DNA of 64,000 nt from Octopus vulgaris (lineage: Eukaryota), in the NCBI GenBank assembly GCA_951406725.2, contig OX597818.1:91450001-91514000 (forward strand), written 5' to 3'. The notes below the pieces were generated by a model. It was not told the origin of the DNA. It saw nothing but the letters and a program-made list of their open reading frames with translations, and did no database searches. Position 1 is the stretch's first letter. Every line of letters begins with the position of its first letter. Made by a program: the position numbers and the translations under genes. Below, piece by piece: positions 59,603 through 64,000 of the stretch.

Positions 59603-60753
59603 CAAGGTTGAGTAAAAAGATTTTTCTGATTTTTCTTATGCTTTTTGGTAATTTGCATATTTATGGCATTAATTTCGAATAATCTCTTTTTAATTAGATA
59701 CATTTTACGCTACCTGGGAAATAAAGGACAGAGTGCAAGGGTATGAAATTAATGATATGGAATCCTCAGGAAATGCCAACAAACGTGTGGCACAAATCTG
59801 GTTCACAGATTTAAAGGAAGGTGACACCAGCCTCAAAAACAAACCAACGTCTGAGAGACCATCCGATGTAGAAGATGTAGCCTTTCTTGTTGTGGTTGAA
59901 TAACAGCCAAGGGCAAGCACACTTACATTGTCGACAGAACGTTGCACTTCACAAAGCACCATTAACTGACACCTCCATAAGCTTGGCTTTATGTAGAGAC
60001 GCTGTCGAGAAGCTTCTTATGAAGTGACCAGCGGCCAGGCTCAACAGCGTATAAACGTTTGCAAACAACTGCTGGGAAATCGTCGAGATAGACGTTTCTA
60101 GTGTCGAATTTGTAACCGGAGATGAAAAATAGATTCACCTACCTAAACCTAATACGTGGATTCGTTCTGGTCAGAATTCAGAACCTGCTGTCAAACCAAT
60201 GTGCTTTGAATAAAATGTTGTGTTTTTTGTATGGTAGAATTTACACTTTTAATTTTAACAGACGGTTATGCTTTGAACGCTAACAATTAGATTAAAAAAT
60301 TACAGCGACATATAACGATTCGAAAACCCGATACTCGGCATTGGTCACTCGAAGTCACGCACTCTTAGAGCATGATAATATCCCAGCCTACACTGCCAAT
60401 GTCACCAAGTGCAACCCTAAGGGACTTGGAGATGTGGAAGTGCTGATCACCCTGTCTACAGTCCAGGCCTTGTGCCACCAGATTACCACACCGAGTCCTT
60501 TTTCTCTTTTCCTGAAACCACAGAAGATCAAGTACATCGATGAAGTTGAAAATGAGCGGGAAACATTTTTTGCCACTAAGCCACCCAAATGGTATAGGCG
60601 TGGGATTGCACTTCTGGAACAGCAATGATAACAGGTAATACAATATGATAGGATGCGTTGTGATGAAATAAAACCAGTTTGAGAGTTTGAATGCAATTTG
60701 TTTGAATTACAAGTCACAGCTTAAAATACGAAAAAACGTTTGACTCAACCTGG
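59603..60753 (+). mobile_element. Decayed mariner DNA transposon
   Basis: TA-flanked TIRs (caaggttgagtaaaa / tttgactcaacctgg); transposase motifs WFTDLKEGDTSLKNKP, VTGDEK, LEHDNIPAY and HPVYSPGLVPPDY, with stops and frameshifts. Confidence 0.88.
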
Positions 60754-60794
60754 TACATCTGGTGAGTGTGTGTATATACACATCCATATATATG

Positions 60795-60831
<37 letters not shown>

Positions 60832-61050
60832 ATATATATATATATATATATATAAACGCGTGTGTGTGATCCATTGGATTACACCGGAAGACGGGGTGAC
60901 ATGCGATAGCCGACGAGAAGCATAGAAGATTTTAAGAGCGTATTATGAGGCATTCGCCAAGGACAAATTAAACGGATATTTAAATTAAACAGACAGAAAG
61001 ACAGACCGATACACTCACATAGACAAATGGATATATATATATAGAGAGAG

Positions 61051-61106
<56 letters not shown>

Positions 61107-61609
61107 TGATAGATAAAGCCACCTTATATCTATTTAGCAGATTTTAGAATTAATGCTATTAGGTACGTTGCGTTAAGATGCTGAATATAGTTGTTAAGCT
61201 CTGGATGTAGTATGCTAAAGAATGTTAAGCGTGTTTCAAGATGACTTGTACCAAGACTGAATGTCATAAAATCGTTACGTTCATGTGAAACCAAACTTCT
61301 GGATTCCAAATTCGCCAGATTTAAATCCTTTGCACAACTGCGTTTAGAGTGTTATTGGAAATGAGACCAATAAACATCCTCACCTCCGGACGCCGCAATT
61401 GTCTTCGTGATGTCCGAAATGTATAAGGGCCTTTTAGTATACGCGTATTAATGATACCAGTCCCTCAATAAGACAGACATTGTTGCTGAAGATGGATTCA
61501 TAAAAAAAAGATTTTATTGCAATACATCTGGTTTTTACTAGAACGTTGCTTTCTTTAATTAGCAAAAAATACCTCAAATACCTCTTGCACTCTACACGCA
61601 TTCTGTTAA

Positions 61610-62727
61610 CACTAGAAGGACCGAATGCATCAATTGATCCATTAAGAGATATAAATTGCATACAATTCAAAAACTATTGTAGATTTTGACATCATGGTCC
61701 TTGAGTTTTCATATTTTTATGAAATCTATATACACCATAAATTATAGGTTGTTTGCACCAACTGTAAAAAAAAAATGATCCAAATACTACCTATAAGGAT
61801 CAAACGCGTCAATTGACGCATTGACAACTTTTGGAACTTTCACCTACTTTTGTTTATAAATACAAGTGGAAATGTTTTAGATATTCACCAATTGCGTAGC
61901 CTTTACTGTTCGCAAAACAAAACTGTATTTTAGTTGGAAGAATATGTCATAACAGAAGGGAATTACCAGGAGCAGTAAAACAGGTGAAACCAGTTTATAA
62001 AACTGTACGTATGAAATCCACAGAGAAGCCTACTGTCACACTTATATCGTACTAGTGCAAAAAAGTCAAAGTTTGTTGTTGTTTTGAGTACCTTAAATCA
62101 AATTGTAGAAGTTCCTTTTGCAAATAACCCCAAGAAGAAGCCTAACACTATACTTTTTTATAACAAAAATAATGTAGGCGTAGACGTGCTTCATCAAATA
62201 TCATGGCTTTATTCAGTCAAAGCAAGCAGTAGACCATGGCCAATGCATGATTTTTTGTAATATTTTGGATATTGCTCTTATAAACACTTATAAACACTAG
62301 TGTTTGCAACTCAGTCATAATTTAACGGGAATTTATTCAAAAAGTTGCTCAAGACCTTTGTGGTAATTCACCTCACGATCGTCCATGTATTGTCATAAAA
62401 CCCTATAGAGGAAACATCTACTTCTAGAAATAAAGTCAGACGTACGTTTGTGAAAACAAAATGCCGAAACAGAAACACAGAAATGTATGGAGTTTATAAA
62501 AACCCTGTGTGGCAAATGGGCGCAAAAATACTGCGATGAATGTTTGGAATTTCAATAAATATCAAACTATTGCGACTAATATCACCGTGAAGTCATAAAC
62601 TTCATATATTTAATAAAGGTTCTCTACTTCTTTTCTCTTTTTTCCCCTTTCAAATTGAAAAACATCTTTGTGTCAACTGACGCATTTTGGTCCTTAAAGA
62701 TAGCTAAAACGTCCGATCCTTATAGTG
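61610..62727 (+). mobile_element. Internally deleted piggyBac-like transposon
   Basis: TTAA-CACTAGAAGGAC left end and GATCCTTATAGTG-TTAG right end; KKKPNTILFYNKNNVGVDVLHQISWLYSVKASSRPWPMH matches the piggyBac transposase C-terminal catalytic region. Confidence 0.8.
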
Positions 62728-63243
62728 TTAGTATATCGAAATATTTTGATATAAGGCTAATGTAAAACAAAAATAAAGGCTTGCCACAAAATAAAGTATT
62801 TAAGACAAAGAAAAGTTTGGTTAATTTTTGTCGTCAATTTAAACACAGACAAGACATTACTTTAGGAGTGAGTCGCAGCTGTTAAAGTACGGAAGGCAGT
62901 AGTCCAGGCAATTGTCCAAGACGAACTGAAGTAACATTGTTAATTGACGTGGTCATACGTTTTAATGCAATTTGCACTTTTCATACAAAGACAGTGTTTG
63001 GCAGAGGTTTCAATAGGAAATGTCGCCAGTCGTCGTGAAACACTAGCAATTTGAAGACTGACAACAATGGCGGCGAATAACAATAGCAACAAAAACAACA
63101 ATAATCTTTTGTTCATTTCTTTGTTTGCGTATTTATTTGCTTCTTGTTTATATTTGTCATGTTATGACTAATAATTGCATATATTATGTGCAGGTATATG
63201 TCTTCATAAACATACACACATATAAATATATACATACAAACAT

Positions 63244-63281
<38 letters not shown>

Positions 63282-63515
63282 ATACCTCATGTACAAAGCC
63301 ATATGTATGTGTTTGTGTGTGTTTAATATTCATGGATGCAAATATATATATATATAAGTTTACCTATCTGTTTCGAAAAATTCTTCATGCGAAATAGTGT
63401 GATGAAACAGATATACTCATATATCGGGATCGTCATTTTTTAGTGCATGTGTGTTAATAGTTACCAAGAATTTCTATCCTGTTATATAGCAATAAATACA
63501 TACACACATACATAC

Positions 63516-63593
<78 letters not shown>

Positions 63594-63838
63594 ATATATA
63601 TCTATATCTATATATATATATATATACAATAAAAATGGTAAATAATTTTCCTGTGGTTTTTCATGTAACCAACAATTATTTACCGGTAAATTTCGGTATG
63701 TAAATACGACAAAATAATTTTCAAGACCTTTGTAAGGTTCAGTATATAGTGAAGAAAAATAAGTTGGCCAGCAGCAAGCTGTTTCGCCTCAGCAGCAAGC
63801 TGTTTCGGTATGAGGCGAAACAGCTTGCTGCTGGCCAA

Positions 63839-63873
<35 letters not shown>

Positions 63874-64000
63874 GCAATACACACACACACACACATGTAT
63901 ACATACTTATATTTATATATTTACATATATATTAGCAGTATTGCCAGGAGTTGCTTGGGTTTGTTTCGACACTTTAGAATTGGAATTTTTGAAAACTAAA

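Overview
This is AT-rich, microsatellite-dense eukaryotic DNA whose SINEs and genes point to an octopod cephalopod (Octopus-like); that assignment is an inference. Almost all listed ORFs are microsatellite or SINE artefacts. One complete six-exon minus-strand gene (ATG 55639 to stop 37008) splices, with GT-AG introns, to a 215-aa Met-rich S-crystallin, a lens protein derived from sigma-class GST. It has a TATA promoter, a 30-nt loop-encoding microexon, and Met in place of the usual dimer-axis Arg. About 16 kb downstream on the same strand is the first exon of a very divergent GST/S-crystallin paralogue (20492-20648), which lacks the catalytic Tyr and carries a 12-aa Gly-rich insertion. The rest is three tRNA-SINE families, decayed R4/Dong and Tx1 LINEs, Penelope-like remnants, mariner/Tc1 and piggyBac relics, and MITEs. 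Not visible in the ORF track are several type I hammerhead-ribozyme motifs, one with an intact core (about 11088-11187, minus), two of them inside short elements embedded in (TA)n tracts.
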